The position numbers and the translations under genes were made by a program. 64,000 nucleotides of DNA, taken from the NCBI GenBank assembly GCA_013239625.1, contig MU053873.1:1998524-2062523 (forward strand), in the 5' to 3' direction. Source of the DNA: Lama guanicoe (lineage: Eukaryota). Below the pieces are notes generated by a model. It was not told the DNA's origin and ran no database searches. It worked only from the letters and a program-made list of their open reading frames with translations. Shown here piece by piece: positions 22,871 through 35,899 of the stretch. Every line of letters begins with the position of its first letter. Positions within the stretch are counted from its first letter, which is position 1.

Positions 22871-24559
22871 TGACTCCAGCCTGCTGGTCAACCACATCCT
22901 CAGAAGCGGTGATCTTAAGCACTGGGGGCTTGTCCAGGCACATGGCAGTTCCCAGAGGTCTGGCGAGCCAGGCAAGGGAATGTAGCGGGGCTCAACTGTG
23001 CAGAGACAGTCTTAGGGGCTGGGGATAAAGTAGGGCTCGCCATCTGAAATGTATGGTTGTTCAGGGAAGATTCTCAGGCAGAGATGGTTTGAATCTTGCT
23101 TGGGGGATGGGGAGGGAAACTTGCCTGGGGAAGGCATCCTCTGGAAGGTGTGATGGCCTGTGCAAAGGCATAGAGGTCTGAAAAGGAAATTGCTCCAGAC
23201 TGGGAGAAGGGTGGTATCCAACAAGGTTTTCTGAAGCTGACACTGTAGCAGTATCAGAAAGGCAGACTCAGAGAGGGGAGGACTTGCAGAAATGTCAAAC
23301 CCAATCCTCTTACAGCTGGGGAAACTAAGGCCAGGGGTTGGAGGACCTGCTGTGATCATACAGCAGAGCCAGGGGTAAAGCCAGGACTCCCGATTCTAAG
23401 TCCAGCTTCTTCATTTGGGACCAGCCTCACGATGCATTCTGAGGAGGAAAATGAGAGGTTCTTGGCTGACAAAGAAGCCTTTGGGGCCAGGGAGGGAAGT
23501 GCCAATTCTTAGACCTGTTCGGATCACCTCAATTTTACTTGAAGGGTGGGGGTCACAGATGCACAGACGGCAATTTCCTCAGAGGAAACGAGCTGCCGGC
23601 CATCTACGGGGGAAAATGTCTCGGGCTGAGCGCTTGGAGACTGGACGGGTAGGAAAGCGGAGCAAAGGGAAGTGAACCTTGCAAATATCTAGGTCACACC
23701 TCCTGCCAGCATCTGCCCGCCCTCTGTCCATGGCCAGGTTGGGAAAGCGCTTTCTTTCTGATCCTGTTCCAGCCCTGTCCAGAAGGGCCGGGTGGAGCTG
23801 GTGTCTGGTCCTTCCATTAGCCAAGGTCCCGGTATAATAATAGTAACAACGAATAATAAACATTACCACTGATGGAACAGGTCCCCCAAGCCCCACATTC
23901 ATTGCACATTGCTCATCTTACTCCTTTGAATCCGCAGGAATTGGGCACCTATGATTCTCCCCAATTCACAGACAAGGAAACTGAGGTTCAATTGTGTGGA
24001 TTCACACCCAGGTGTGCTGGCTTCAGAGCGCTAAGTGTTCTGGAGCATCCCAGGCCCGGGCTCAGGGTTTTACCCGTGGGGCCACGTTAGAAGCGGGCCG
24101 ACCCCAGCCTCTCCTGGGGGGTGTCTAGGCTTCTCGGTTCTGTGGTCTAAGAATATTAACGAGGCATAGTAGCTGCCCCAAGATGCTTGGTCTAGCGGGA
24201 AGACAAGGTGGCCCTGTGATGTACCTTACAGAACATCCCCAAGGATGCCTTCCCCATGGTCCCTTGCTCTGCCCCTTCCCCACAGCTCTAGCTCACAGTG
24301 GTTTGCAGGGCATTTTTCTCATGTCGGTCCCTCCCATTAGATTTCTAACTCAGAAAGACTGAGGCTGTGTCCCTAGCACAATGCCTGGCCCTCATAGGTC
24401 CTCCCTCAATGCTTATTTAATACTGTAAAATAAACATACACACACATCAAAGGAAGTCAGCGTATGTAATAAGCCAGGATATGTCATAAGTGGATCACAA
24501 GCAAGAAAGTGTTTTGAAAGAGTTACATTTTATACATTTTACACAGTTGAACCATGTTT

Positions 24560-25130
24560 ATTATGGAAATATTAGAAAACCACAACAAAGATTTAAAAAA
24601 AATCACCCCTCCCCAATAGTGGTAGTAGCCACAATTACCATTTTGGTAAATAGCCTGTCATACATTTTAAGCTACATACAGGCATGTGGCATTGTCCAAC
24701 TCCATTGGGCACCATTTATATTGTATTCTGAGGGACTGTGTAGTTGCCCAGTGCACAATCTGGGCAACTGTGTATGGTAACCCCAGATGTGTATACGTCC
24801 GTTAGTGTTCATTCTTTACAGAAATGACACCAAACTACACAAGCTGTTTGAAAAGCTACATTTCTCACTAATAAATACTGTGATACTGTGATCATCTTTT
24901 GTGTTAACAAATATCTCATTTTAAATGTTTTTAAAATAAGAATTTAAATTATTGGGTTATTTTCCATTTTATTCCATTGAAAAGAATACCACGATGAACA
25001 TGCTTTAGGGGCATTTGTCTATGTAAGTTTTTCGGATAAATTCTAGGAGTTCTGAGCAAGAGGCTATTTGATGTTTGAGACTTTTGATACACAAACTGCC
25101 AAATTGTCCTCTAGGGAAGTTCACCAATAC
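24560..25130 (-). mobile_element. Ancient L1M fragment
   Basis: ttgggttattttccatttt..aataccacgatgaacatg..ttttgatacacaaactgccaaattgtcctcta. Confidence 0.65.
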
Positions 25131-25429
25131 TGCAGGAGAGAAAGAGGCCAGTGTAAGTTTGATACAACTGTGGGAGGAGGAAGAGGAGAGGGACTGATGG
25201 GATATTTGACTCACTAGTGGTTTGTAGGGGATGCTTTCTCTTTAGGAGGTAGAGAGAGGAAGAGTTTATTAATGAGGGCTCAGCCTCCTGGCCTATAACA
25301 ATAAAGCCACAGCATCCTGGCTTCGACTTTAGATTCTACCCTGAATCTCTATTTGACTTTGATCAAGTCATTTCCATCTCTGCAGCCTAGTTTCTCTACC
25401 TGTAAACTAGCAAGACTGGACTAAATTAA

Positions 25430-25592
25430 GATCATCTTGTGATTGATTGGTAGTGCCTGCCTCAGAGGGCTGTGTTGAGATTCCACACCGGCTAGACTTG
25501 GCGGAAAAGAGTGCTGTAATCAATTAATGATGTCTGCCATGGGTGTAGGGACTGAGGTTATGGCACCTTTGCCATATATTAGCGATTCCAGG
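25430..25592. mobile_element. Ancient hAT-type non-autonomous DNA transposon in a MIR tail
   Basis: gattgattggtagtgcctgcct..gctgtgttgag..aaagagtgctgtaatcaattaatgatgtctgccatggg..tgccatatattagcgattccagg; family name uncertain. Confidence 0.55.
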
Positions 25593-25679
25593 ACTGAGGG
25601 CTCTTAGAGACTATTAAAGCTGTGAAAAGGCAAGGAACTTTTTCTAATATCTCGTTCCTCATGGATGTCTAGATTTTAA

Positions 25680-26160
25680 GGAATGTTTCATCGTGTTAGC
25701 CAAGCGCTCCCACTTTAGTCTGTCTCATTCTGGGTGTATTGCAATGGAGCTAAGAGGCAAATGACATTCAGTTTCTGTCTCTCGACCCTAATCTGCCTCT
25801 CATGACATCGTTTCAGCCTGCAGAGGGAGGATTGGGGATTTCCTGCGATTTCTGTATTCCATTCAGTTTTTATCATTTTAAGGTTCATGCGTTTCTAATT
25901 GTTATGAATACCATGGTAAAATTAATAGTTCTATGGTTGGTTTATTACATTTAGTAAAATTATGTGCATGCAGTGTTTGCCAAGAGAAGACGCGGCAGGC
26001 TCCTTAATCATGTAAAGATGATAATTTAGTTGTTACACTTGTTGAAATGATGGGATTAATTTTTTAAAAGTTTGCAAACTGGAGGAGAATTGTAGAACAT
26101 TAATTTAGTTAGACAAGCAAGCCGACAACTGACAAATCCTTTCAGCCAAACCCGGTAATG
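25680..26160. promoter_or_regulatory. AT-rich candidate conserved enhancer
   Basis: Abrupt AT-rich unique block with many TAAT/ATTA cores and GGGGATTTCC 25834-25843. Confidence 0.55.
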
Positions 26161-26429
26161 GAGATGCTATGGACCCAGTGGGGAGGAGACTCATCAAGGA
26201 GGCATAGGCACATTGAAGGAATTGGGAATGTGATGATGGAGAGTGCTGTGTGACTTTGGGGGAGCCACTTGCCCTCTCTGGGCCTTTGATTTTTTTTCTA
26301 TAAAATGAGATTAGACATGTGGTTTTCAAATCATATCCTTCAGAAGCCCTAGAGTTTCAGAACATGTCTTGGGGGCTAAAAGAAAGGCAGATGGATGAAG
26401 CTTCAGTAGAGTGGGTATCATTTTGGAGG

Positions 26430-26986
26430 AGCCTGTCCACATTCCTTTTTGGGATGCTAGCACCCTGGTTTTTACCTTGGACAATCTCTCTTTCCTCTTT
26501 GTCATCAGTCCATGTCATTCTGGAGGAGTTAATCACCCCCTGGCTCCAGAGGGTGGCCAGTGACTCAGGATTGGCTAGTGAGATCAGCATATTGACCTGG
26601 CTACAGTGATTTATTTGGACCAATCACATGATTCAAGTCTGATCAATTAGAGCCAATGAACCTTTTTCCTGGTACCTTTGCTGGAACTTCAGAATGAGTC
26701 TCTTTTTCCTTTGGGGTGGTCGAGCCAGGGGAAGGGAGACTAGAGCTTTGGAGGCCATCTTGGTCATCATTTGGGGGAAAAGCCCGTCTGAGAATGCAGC
26801 CAACGCAAGGGAAAGTAGAACCAAATTACAAGACAGATTCCCCATGTCACCCTTTCAACTCTTGGATCCAGCCATACCTGATGTCTTGAAATTCTTAGTT
26901 ATACGAACCTATACCTTTCTTGTTTTTGGCTTCAGCAACTTTGAATTGAGTTGCTGTATCTTACTACTCAGAGTTCCAACTAATGT
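26430..26986 (+). mobile_element. MLT1K/J/L-like MaLR LTR
   Basis: ggccatcttgg..ctgagaatgcagccaac..ggatccagccatacctga..tttgaattgagtt..cagagttccaactaat. Confidence 0.7.
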
Positions 26987-27199
26987 GGATTTCAACTGGG
27001 GCTGAGCTGTTTTTATCCATTTTATACTTTGAAATTTCATTTAAACATTTTGTTTGAACAAAGGATTCTGTTGTTAAAAAGTAGGACTAAGACTAGATGA
27101 TTCCTAAGCGCCCCTTTAGCTGTGACATCCTGTGTCTCCACGGATGACGGCTCAGGTGTGTGTGTCCATAGGTGAATGAATTGGGTGCGGGCACATGCA

Positions 27200-27560
27200 G
27201 AGGACGGAGGCTGACTGTAGGTCAGATTCACGGAGAAGACACCATTTGGAGTGAATCTTGAAGGATTAGGAAGCATTCTCCAGTGGGAAGGAGCAAGCAG
27301 ATGGGATTCCAGGCAGAGGGAACAGCCTGTGCAGATGGTCTGGAGGTGTGAAGACCGGAAGGACTTTGGGGAAGACTGGAGAATCTGGTGGGGCTAAAGG
27401 AGACGTTTGTGGGTGGTGAGAGAGAGGAGGCTTGAAGAAGTGAGATGAAAAAGGAAAAGGAGGCCCCCCGTTAAGGGCCTTGAATGTCAGCACAAGGAGA
27501 TGGACTGAGATTGGCAGGCAGTGGGCAGCCATGGTGTGTTCTTGAGGAGGAGAGAAGCAG
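27200..27560 (-). mobile_element. L2 fragment
   Basis: gagtgaatcttgaaggatt..attccaggcagagggaacagcctgtgcaga..gggccttgaatgtcag. Confidence 0.75.
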
Positions 27561-29667
27561 GAGCCACTGAGGGCTAGGGGCTGGGAACAGGACAGACTGT
27601 GGAAGGGAAATCAGTCCTCCTGGGTGTCTAAGCCCCAGACTTCTGATCCTTCTGTCTGAGGCAGGAGGCGAGGAGGGACCCCATGTCCCATGCATTCCAG
27701 AGCTGGCTGGGCCTCACCGTTCCCAGCCCTGGAATCTGGGCCCTATTTTGAGGAGGGAACCCTGGGAAGCTGCTGGGTGGAAACTGAGAGGGAAGAGAAG
27801 GAATTCTCGGCTCTGTTGGCTCCATTTAGCTGGGGGTGATTTACAGGGATGTTGTCCTGGTTCCCAGGGAAAAGCAATCGTTCCCCATCACACTGGGGAC
27901 TTTGAAAATTCTTACACGTTTCGAGGGGGCTTGGGGGTCCCTCTCCCCAAATCCAACCGCATGAGCCACATGATATTCCCTTTCCAGAAGTTTCCTTTTC
28001 TTTTACCCCCACTGTTCCATCTTCCCGGAGAACCCTTCCCAGCTTTCTCTTGCCTGAGGTTGATGGTAACAATAACACAGGCAGGAGAACCTGGGGCCAC
28101 AACAGCCATAAACCTGTGTTGCACTGCTACTGTGCGCAGGGCTAAATGCTCCCTGGGCACTTTCTCACAAAATTCTCTCAACAGTTGGAAAAGGTAGAGA
28201 CTTTTAATAGTCTGAGTTTAGAGAGAAGGAGGCCCAGAGAGGTGAAGTCGTTTGCCTAATAAGGTCTAACTCTGGGAGGAGGAGGAGGAGGAGGAGGTGG
28301 GATTTGAACCTAGGGCTGTCTGGGATGGGGCAGGTCTTGGGTTTGGGGAAGACTGGCTGGGAATCTGGGAAAAGGGGAGGAGTGAGAGGAAGGGAGCGAT
28401 GATACACAGAGGTGAGGGGAGGGGAAGAGGAGGAGAGAGAAACGGAGTCGAAGTTGTGGCTTGGCAGTCCCGATTGAGAGATTTCTGGAAGACGTAGCAG
28501 AACCATTTGCAATACCTGGCCGTGAGGTTCCAGGTCCAGAGCAAAAGGAAAAGATCGAGGCAGGAGAGAGAAGACATGGGGGCTCTGTGTTAGGAGGGAG
28601 GTGTGTGGGGGACCCACCATAGGTGAGAGATGGGGTACAGTGAGCCAGAGCCCCCGGGGGCCCCAGCCTGGGCAGAGGCAGAGGGCGTGGGGCTTGTCAG
28701 GGAGAGATGGAAGGCCAGCCTTGGCTGCTCTGGCCTCTGAGACTCCCGGTTTATGTCATCAACCAGAGAGGGACCACGGAACTACAGGAGCTTTTACCCG
28801 CTCACCTTGACCAAAGTGCAGCTTCTAATGCAGAGAAGTTGCACGGCAGGGAGATAGGTTGTTGGGGGGAAATTACTTCATTAAAAAACCAGCCATTAAT
28901 TTGCAAGGCAGCGTGGGTAGTGTGGTCTGGGTACCAGGCAAAGCCAAACATGTTCTGCCTTCAACTCTGTCCACGTGTCTCTGTGATGGAGCTCTGAGCT
29001 CACTGGGAGGCACTGTCCAAACCTCCAAGTCAGCATTGGAGGTTCTTTGGGCTGGGAGGTGGGGTGCATGTGACCACCCCTACCCCGATGGGCATAGACA
29101 CGCAGGGTGACTCACAACCAGTGCTGTGACTGGAAAGCGAGTGCTAACCCCATTTCACAGATGAGGAAACTGAGGCCCAGACCAGGCAGGTTGGAATCTG
29201 AACGTGGGGAGGCCTCTTACGCTGCCCTCTTGCTTCTCCCAGGGCCTGAGAACTCTGGCTCCTGGTTTCCCCTGGTGGTGGGTGTTGTTTGGTTGGTTGA
29301 GAAGGAGCCCCCTTTCCCACTGTCCCCCTTACCAGCCCTTTGTGCGTCTCCGCTCCAGGTGCAGTTTAAGGTCTGAGGGTTTAGATGCTACTGTGGCCAG
29401 TGCCTCCAGGGGACCTCAGTCAGCGTGTGCCCTCAGACCCTGCCTCTTGCTTACTGGGGTCCCAGAGCTGCAAGCCACCAGTGAGATGGGGAGAGAGGGG
29501 GAGGCCGAGAGAAGAGGGGGAAAGGGTGGGAGAGTCTGGCACTTAATTCACAAGAAAAGCAAATGGAATTACACCCATAAACATGATATGGTAATAATAA
29601 CAATAATAATAATAGTAATAATGGCAGCCAGGCAGTCCTGAGCACTGTGCATGTAGCAGGAGCTTTT

Positions 29668-29845
29668 TAAAAAAATTTTTTAATGAAGTATAGTCAATTT
29701 ACAATGTTGTGTCAGTTTCTGGTGTATAGCACCATGCTTCGGTCATACATGAATATACATATATTCGCTTTCATATTCTTTTGCACCATAAGCTACTACA
29801 AGATACTGAATATAGCTCCCTGTGCTGTACAGTATAAACTAGTTT
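29668..29845 (-). mobile_element. 5'-truncated lineage-specific L1 3' end inserted in a MIR
   Basis: tttaatgaagtatagtcaatttacaatgttgtgtcagtttctggtgtatagc...; 14-bp TSD tagcaggagctttt/tagaaggagctttt (29654-29667, 29846-29859); MIR resumes at atccccattttacag. Confidence 0.88.
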
Positions 29846-30599
29846 TAGAAGGAGCTTTTCACGGATTATCTTACTGAATCCAGACTCAAGCCCTAGGAGG
29901 CAGTACTTTTATGATCCCCATTTTACAGTTAGGGAAACTGAGGTTTAGGAAGCTGAAGAGAAGGGCCTAGATTCCGGCCCTGCTTACTGATCACCCTACA
30001 CTGTGCAAGCCCCTCCTCCGGGGGCAGGGGTGTGGCTGACACGACCTCTCCAGCTGTCCTGTCTGCAGACCCGCTGTGCACCTGCGCCACGTGGGCCCAG
30101 AGCTGACTGGTGACCAGCGGCACATGTCTCTCCCCTTCTCTGAGGCACCTGTGGCTTCCAGGGATACAGTGTCACTTCAGACAAGGCGAGCTGGGCCAGG
30201 TGGCTCCCCTTCCCGGGGTGTGGCTTCCCCCTGGATCTGGGCTGGTTTCTCAGCAGCAAGAACAGGGAACAAGGCCTGTGCTTCTGCACTGTGCCCTGCA
30301 CAGAGCCAGGTCCTGGCTGCCTTATCTCATCTAATCTCATATCACCCCAGTGATGTAAGACCAGTGTCCCCATAAACTAAGGCTCAGAGAGGTCAAATGA
30401 CCTACTCAGAGACACACAGCAAAGAGCAACAGGACTGAGACATAAACACGAGTCTCTCCCTCCCTCAGTCTCTGCCTCCCTGGGTCTTCTGATGTCCTGT
30501 TGACCCGCACTTCATTGGCCCCCAGAACCCACCCCTGAGGGATCTGCTGAGTGGGGCTCCTGCCCCAGGCCTGACATGAGTGACACGAGTGACCAGAGC

Positions 30600-30770
30600 C
30601 GGCTGCTCTTACATAACACGTTCTCACCCACCCTGGCCCAGATCAAATGCGTGAGATTTATGCCAAAACAAGCCATTGTGTGTGTTTAATCCTGAGGTGG
30701 TGATGACCACAGCTTCGGCCTGATTTATGAGACTGTCATTTTTTTATATGAAAATCACTACCTGCACATA
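30600..30770. promoter_or_regulatory. Candidate enhancer with PBX-HOX + MEIS composite
   Basis: TGATTTATGA 30721-30730 followed by CTGTCA 30733-30738; TTACATAA 30609-30616. Confidence 0.45.
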
Positions 30771-30884
30771 TTCTGGTCCCCCTGATGTGGATGGAGTTGG
30801 GTCCCCTGCTTGAGATGCACTGAAGGGAACGGGAGTCCCAGTTTCTGGCCTCTGGGGATTGCAGCCAGAGCTGCCCGGGGATAG

Positions 30885-31235
30885 CGACGCACACACTCAT
30901 GCCTTCACGCACAGGTGCACACACTGCAGGCGTGTCTGCGTGCACACACACGTGCACATGTCACGGTCATGCCCCCATGTGCATACATGTGTACACCCCT
31001 CATGTGCACAGGGATGCACCCAGTCACTCACGGACAACCATGCACCACCCAGCCTTCGTGTGTGTGCACGTTTGTGCAAACCCCAGCAAGCATATGCAGC
31101 AGGCGCACCGACACGTACACACACCAGTGCCCTCATACACATGCGTCCACACTGCAAGCTGCTCACATGCACACTTCTGGGGCACAAGCATATAAATGCA
31201 CACACATACTCCATGGACACACTCATGAACATGTA
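30885..31235. repeat. Degenerate (CA/TG)-rich low-complexity tract
   Basis: Repeated cacac/gtgcac/acatg units. Confidence 0.8.
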
Positions 31236-32559
31236 CAATTTAATGCCAGGCCTGCAGGTGTGGAGGAGTCCGAGTGAGAAGATACAGGGAGCTTGGTTCG
31301 AATCCTTGGTTCGCATCCTAGCTGTATGGCTTTGGGTAGATATTTAACTCTCTGGGCCTCAGTTTTCCCATCTGTCCAAAGGCTCATATGAGAGCCAGCT
31401 CTCAGAGTGTCTGTAGGTTGAGGGAGGCAACATTAGGAAAGAGCCAAGCACAAGATGGGCTTAGGAACTGGTGGCTCTTAGAACCAGTGGCCGGAGTCTG
31501 CAGGAGCCCTGAGTCTGGATGGTGTTGCTGTTTCTCAGCTTTGTTCTTTGGTCCTGATCAGTTCCTTCTCCTCTGCTCCCATATGCACCCCGCACTGCAG
31601 CTCTCTGCAAATATTTATAGTACCCTTTCAGGCCTTCAGGGTTTTAACCTTGCTGTTCCCACTGCTTTAAATGCCCTTCCCCTGTGTCTCTGGAAAACTC
31701 CTACTCACTCTGCAAAACCCAGCCTAGGAGTCCTCCCCTCAGGAAGGTCCTCCATGAACACATCCCCCTTCCATGCATGCCTACAGGTACCTGTTCATTT
31801 GCCTACCAGCCCCCCATCAGTCTCCAGTGACTGGTATGCAGTGACTGCTCACCCAGGCAAACACTTAATAAGAGATTAGTAAATAAATCTCCTACTCTCA
31901 CGACAGTGATCTTTTCCCATCACCAAATTATAGGACTAATGATAACAATGATGGCTGACACCAGCTGCTTCATGCCAGGCCCTGTACTAAACACCACACT
32001 TCCTGCTTCCACCAGCTCCATGGGGCAGGAACTGTTATTAACCCATTTTACAGATAAGCAAGGTGAGGCACGGAGAGATGAGATGGCAGTGAGGAGGTGA
32101 GCCCAATACCTGCTGGACAGCAGTGTTTGAGTCTTAGCTGCATCCCATGGCGGATGCACAGATCAGTGAGTGGGTGAGTGAGTGAAGGAATGAATGAAAG
32201 AATGACAGGCTGAATGAATGAATGAAGTGAAGAAAGGCAGACGTGGCCCCCTCCCCAGCCAGGTAGCCGAAGGGGCCCTGGGAAGCCTTCACTTTCAGAT
32301 GGGCTCCATCCATCCCCAATCCCCAGCCTCCTTCGTGCTGTCTCGATGCCAGGGGTCCCGGGGCCGTGGCATCCTTGGGGAGGGCCCTGTGGTCTGAGCC
32401 CTGGCAGCCACATTGCCCCACAAAGAAAGACCAGCCAGGCATCGCCCCAGTGCCCAGCCCTCCTGCAGCCAATGGATGGGACTCATCCGCTGTGAGCTAA
32501 GACCCTCTTGGCCACGGCAGCCTCCTCTCGATCTGCAGAGAGAGGAGAGCCGGTCAGCG

Positions 32560-32905
32560 GGGGCCTCCTGCTGTGACGTTGGCCCATAATTCACACGGGG
32601 AGGGCGTCGGGGGTGTTTTGACTACACTCATAAGCTCCAGAATTTGGGTCTGTGAGTGCCGTCCTGACAGATAAATGGGTTGAAATTCAATTGTCTGTGA
32701 CAGAGGGCCGATTCCCCCAACTGCTTTCCAACGGGGACTGCACGGCTCACGGGAGGGAGAAGTGGGAGGCCCGGGCTCGCCGTGCCCGGCTTCTGGCCAG
32801 CTGCCTGCCCGGGGGCCTCCCCCAGCCCTGGCCACGCTCCCCAGCCCCCAGCTCGAGGCCGGTGCAGGCCCTCCCTGGGCGCGTGTGCAGAAGATGGCGG
32901 GGCAC
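32560..32905. promoter_or_regulatory. Candidate regulatory block (MEIS/TGIF sites, YY1 site)
   Basis: Two TGACAG, CCATAATT, and AAGATGGCGG 32891-32900; CpG retained. Confidence 0.4.
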
Positions 32906-33189
32906 AGGCGAAGGGGCTGTGCTGAGAGACTCCATCCTTGGCGACTTGGTGGCTGCCTTGCTGTGTGATTTTTGACAAATCTCCTTCCCTCTCTGGGCTT
33001 CAGTCTATTTGAAAATGTGAGGATTCATTGTCTCTCTTTTTTCCCCTCCCCTTCTTTTTACGCCCTTCCCCTCCCTCCCCCTCTCCTTTCCACTTTCTCT
33101 GCAGACCTTTATGAAATCCCTGAGTGTCATACGCTGTGCTGGGTGCTAACAGTGTGGTAAGACTTAAAAGGGCCCTAGTCCTCAAGACA

Positions 33190-33550
33190 ATACATTCATA
33201 CATTCATTCATTCAACAAATATTTATTCAAGGTCAACAGTGCCTGGAGCGGGACCTTGCCCTCCCGGAGCTCCCGGTTCAGGGGGCAACATTAATCAAAT
33301 CAACCCACCAGTGCAATCACCGTGCCAAAGTGTGCTGGATGGCTATAAAGTGAAAACTGAAGAGAAAAGGCTTGGATACAAGAGAAAAGTGGGGAGTCCC
33401 ACCTGGAGGGGGCGGTCAGGGAAGCTTGCAGAGAAGGGGCGTTTAGGTTGAGCGGCCGTGGGTGAGGTTGGGGTGAGGAGCATCCCGGGAGGAGGGGCAG
33501 CCCGCGCAGAGGCCTGGACCGCGAGACTCCGAGGGGTGCCGCGGCTGTTC
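33190..33550 (-). mobile_element. L2 3' fragment
   Basis: cattcattcattcaacaaatatttattcaag...catcccgggaggaggggcagcccgcgcagaggcctgg. Confidence 0.7.
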
Positions 33551-34214
33551 CAGGGTTTCTAGGGGCGAGGGAGTCTCCTTCTCTGCCTCCTCGGCTGCCT
33601 CAGCCTGTCCCCTGCTGGCTTGGACCTTGGTCCACCCGAGAAGATGTCCCACTTCAGCGCAGTAGGAAGATGCACCCGGTCTTGCTGGCTTCCTCCTTGA
33701 ATACTCTCTCCCTGTCATGTCTCAGAATGTGACAAATACCTCAGGTAGTAAAACAAATAACACAGGAAGCAAAAGGGAGGCATGGGGCACAGTGCAGGGA
33801 GAGGCCTGGGGGAGGTCCCGTGGGGCTGCAGGGGACGGGGTGAGGGGGCTGGGAGATAGGGCCTGCCTATGGCTGGGTGTTCTGCCCACTGGGGCCTCAG
33901 TTTCTGCATCTGTGAAATGGGAGCAGGGCTGACCAGATGGTTCCTTTCACCTTCAGGAATCCATGATTGCTGAGTAGGTTTAAAAGATTCCTAACATATT
34001 TGATTTCTAGAAGCAGCTGAGGGAAGGAGGGGCTTTGAGCCGAGCCTCGGATTCACACAAGCCGTGATCTGAATCCCAGCTCTGCCTCTCCCAGGCTGGT
34101 TGACCAAGCTACTCCAAGCCCTTGTTTATGGCCAAGCCTCAGTTTGCCTCATCTGAGAAATGGGCACAGTCTACCAACCATGATGGGTCATTGTGAAGCT
34201 TAAACAAAAGGACA

Positions 34215-34470
34215 CAGTGTTTGCCAAAGGATGGTCTGAATTTCACCAGTGAGTAAGACAGGAGATGAGCTAAGGTTTTTGTTTTTTTTCATATTTATGT
34301 ATTTGTTTTAATATATATTGGACACCGATCTAATAAGCACATCCTACCAGTGGTTTCACGGATGTTGTTGCTTCATATGAGACTGAGGTTGAAAAAAGCA
34401 AGATAATTTTTAAAAAGACGAATAAATAGCTGGGAGGGGTATTCGAGGAAGGCAGCAATGGGGAGATAGC
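34215..34470. mobile_element. MER103C-like hAT-Charlie MITE inside a MIR
   Basis: cagtgtttgccaaag...tatgtatttgttttaatatatatt..gtggtttcacggatgttgttgctt. Confidence 0.6.
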
Positions 34471-34561
34471 CCAAGTTCGTTCAGGTTGTGAGGACGCTCA
34501 TGAAAGTACTTAGCATTGTATAGGGGGCTTAGCAACGGCCCCAGGGTGGTCTGTGGCTGTG

Positions 34562-34657
34562 AATGTGATAATGATCATGATGATGCGTGGTGATGGTGAT
34601 GATGAGGACGGTGTTGATGATGAAGATGGTGATGATGAGGACGGTGATGATGACGAT
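34562..34657. repeat. (GAT)n trinucleotide repeat
   Basis: gatgatgaggacggtgttgatgatgaagatggtgatgatgaggacggtgatgatgacgat. Confidence 0.9.
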
Positions 34658-35899
34658 TTCTGTTGTTCAGGTGACCAATTCTTGTGCTACTGGGGAAGTG
34701 CTTTGGTTAGATTGCTGTGTGGCCTCAGGCCAGGCTCTTCCCCTCTCTGAGCTGGGACTCACCCACCTGGAGAGCTTGGTGGATGACAATGCCCTACAAT
34801 TGCTTACGGCTGCTGAGCCTGCTCGTTTTGCTGAGGCTCCTAATGTTAAGTCTTTGATGAGGCCACCTCTGTCCCCTAGCTCTCGGGAAACTTCTGGTGT
34901 AAATAGCCAGGCAGAGCCCAACCACCGGAGCGTATGATTGAAGCCTGGCAGGGCCTGGCCTCTGCCTCCCGGCCAGAGGTGACACAGACACCGCAGTGCT
35001 TCTGCCAAACCCTGTGATTTATGTACCTGCCCCGAAGGCCACAATGTTTGCACTTTTTCAGCTTGGGAGGCAGGGAGGCCAGGAGGGTACCGGGAAGAGG
35101 GTGTTTAATGAGGCAGGTAAATATTAGGTGAGTGGTGGTGATGGCCACAGGCGGGGGGCTGGGCGGAGGGCATCTCCCGGCTGGGAAGCCTAAGGGAGGG
35201 GCCCTGACTGTGTCTGGGGCCTTCAGTGGCTGCTTCACAGCCCAGTCCCTGACTCCAGAGCATGTGTCTGAGCAAGGAATCACCTAAGATGGGCAAGACC
35301 AACCCTCAAACAGCTTTGCCTGAACCAAATTCACATCTTGTCTTCCTTCTCCAAGGAGCAGCTGGAATGGCTCCCCAGGAAGGAGGCCAGGACTAAGGGT
35401 CAGGGTCTTGGATTCAAATTCTGCTTCCCCTTCTGGGTGACAATGGGCACCTTATCGTGCCACTCTGAACCTCAGTTTCCTCTTCTGTAAACCAAAGTGA
35501 ATCACATGCAGCTGAAAGTCTAGAGGGGGAGCCAGACTAGGATGGGGGTGACGGCACTTGGCAAGAACAGCACACGGTGAGGACAAAGCCGGTGAGTCCT
35601 CTTGCAAAGTCAACAGCAGGCGCTCACTCGTGTCAGCTCCTGCCTGGTCTTGAGGCTTGAGGAATATCTCTCAAGGATCCTCAAGAATAGGCCAAGATGT
35701 GATGTATCTGCAAGAAAGGGCACCCCAGGCAGAGGGAACAGCATAAGGAAGGCCTGGAACAGCATGTGGGCAGAATCTGGGCACAGTCAGGAAACCATGA
35801 CAAGTCTGGGTGACAGCAGTGCAGGCGGTGAGGCTGGGGAGGCTAGAGCCAGGGGTGGGGCAGGATGGGGGTTGGGGGCACAATCAGATTAGAGCTTGC

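Noticed and set aside
30859..31347. His/Cys/Thr-rich ORFs resembling metal-binding proteins
   Set aside because: Translation of a degenerate CA/TG repeat
34553..34937. Acidic poly-Asp or Met-rich ORFs
   Set aside because: Translation of a (GAT)n microsatellite
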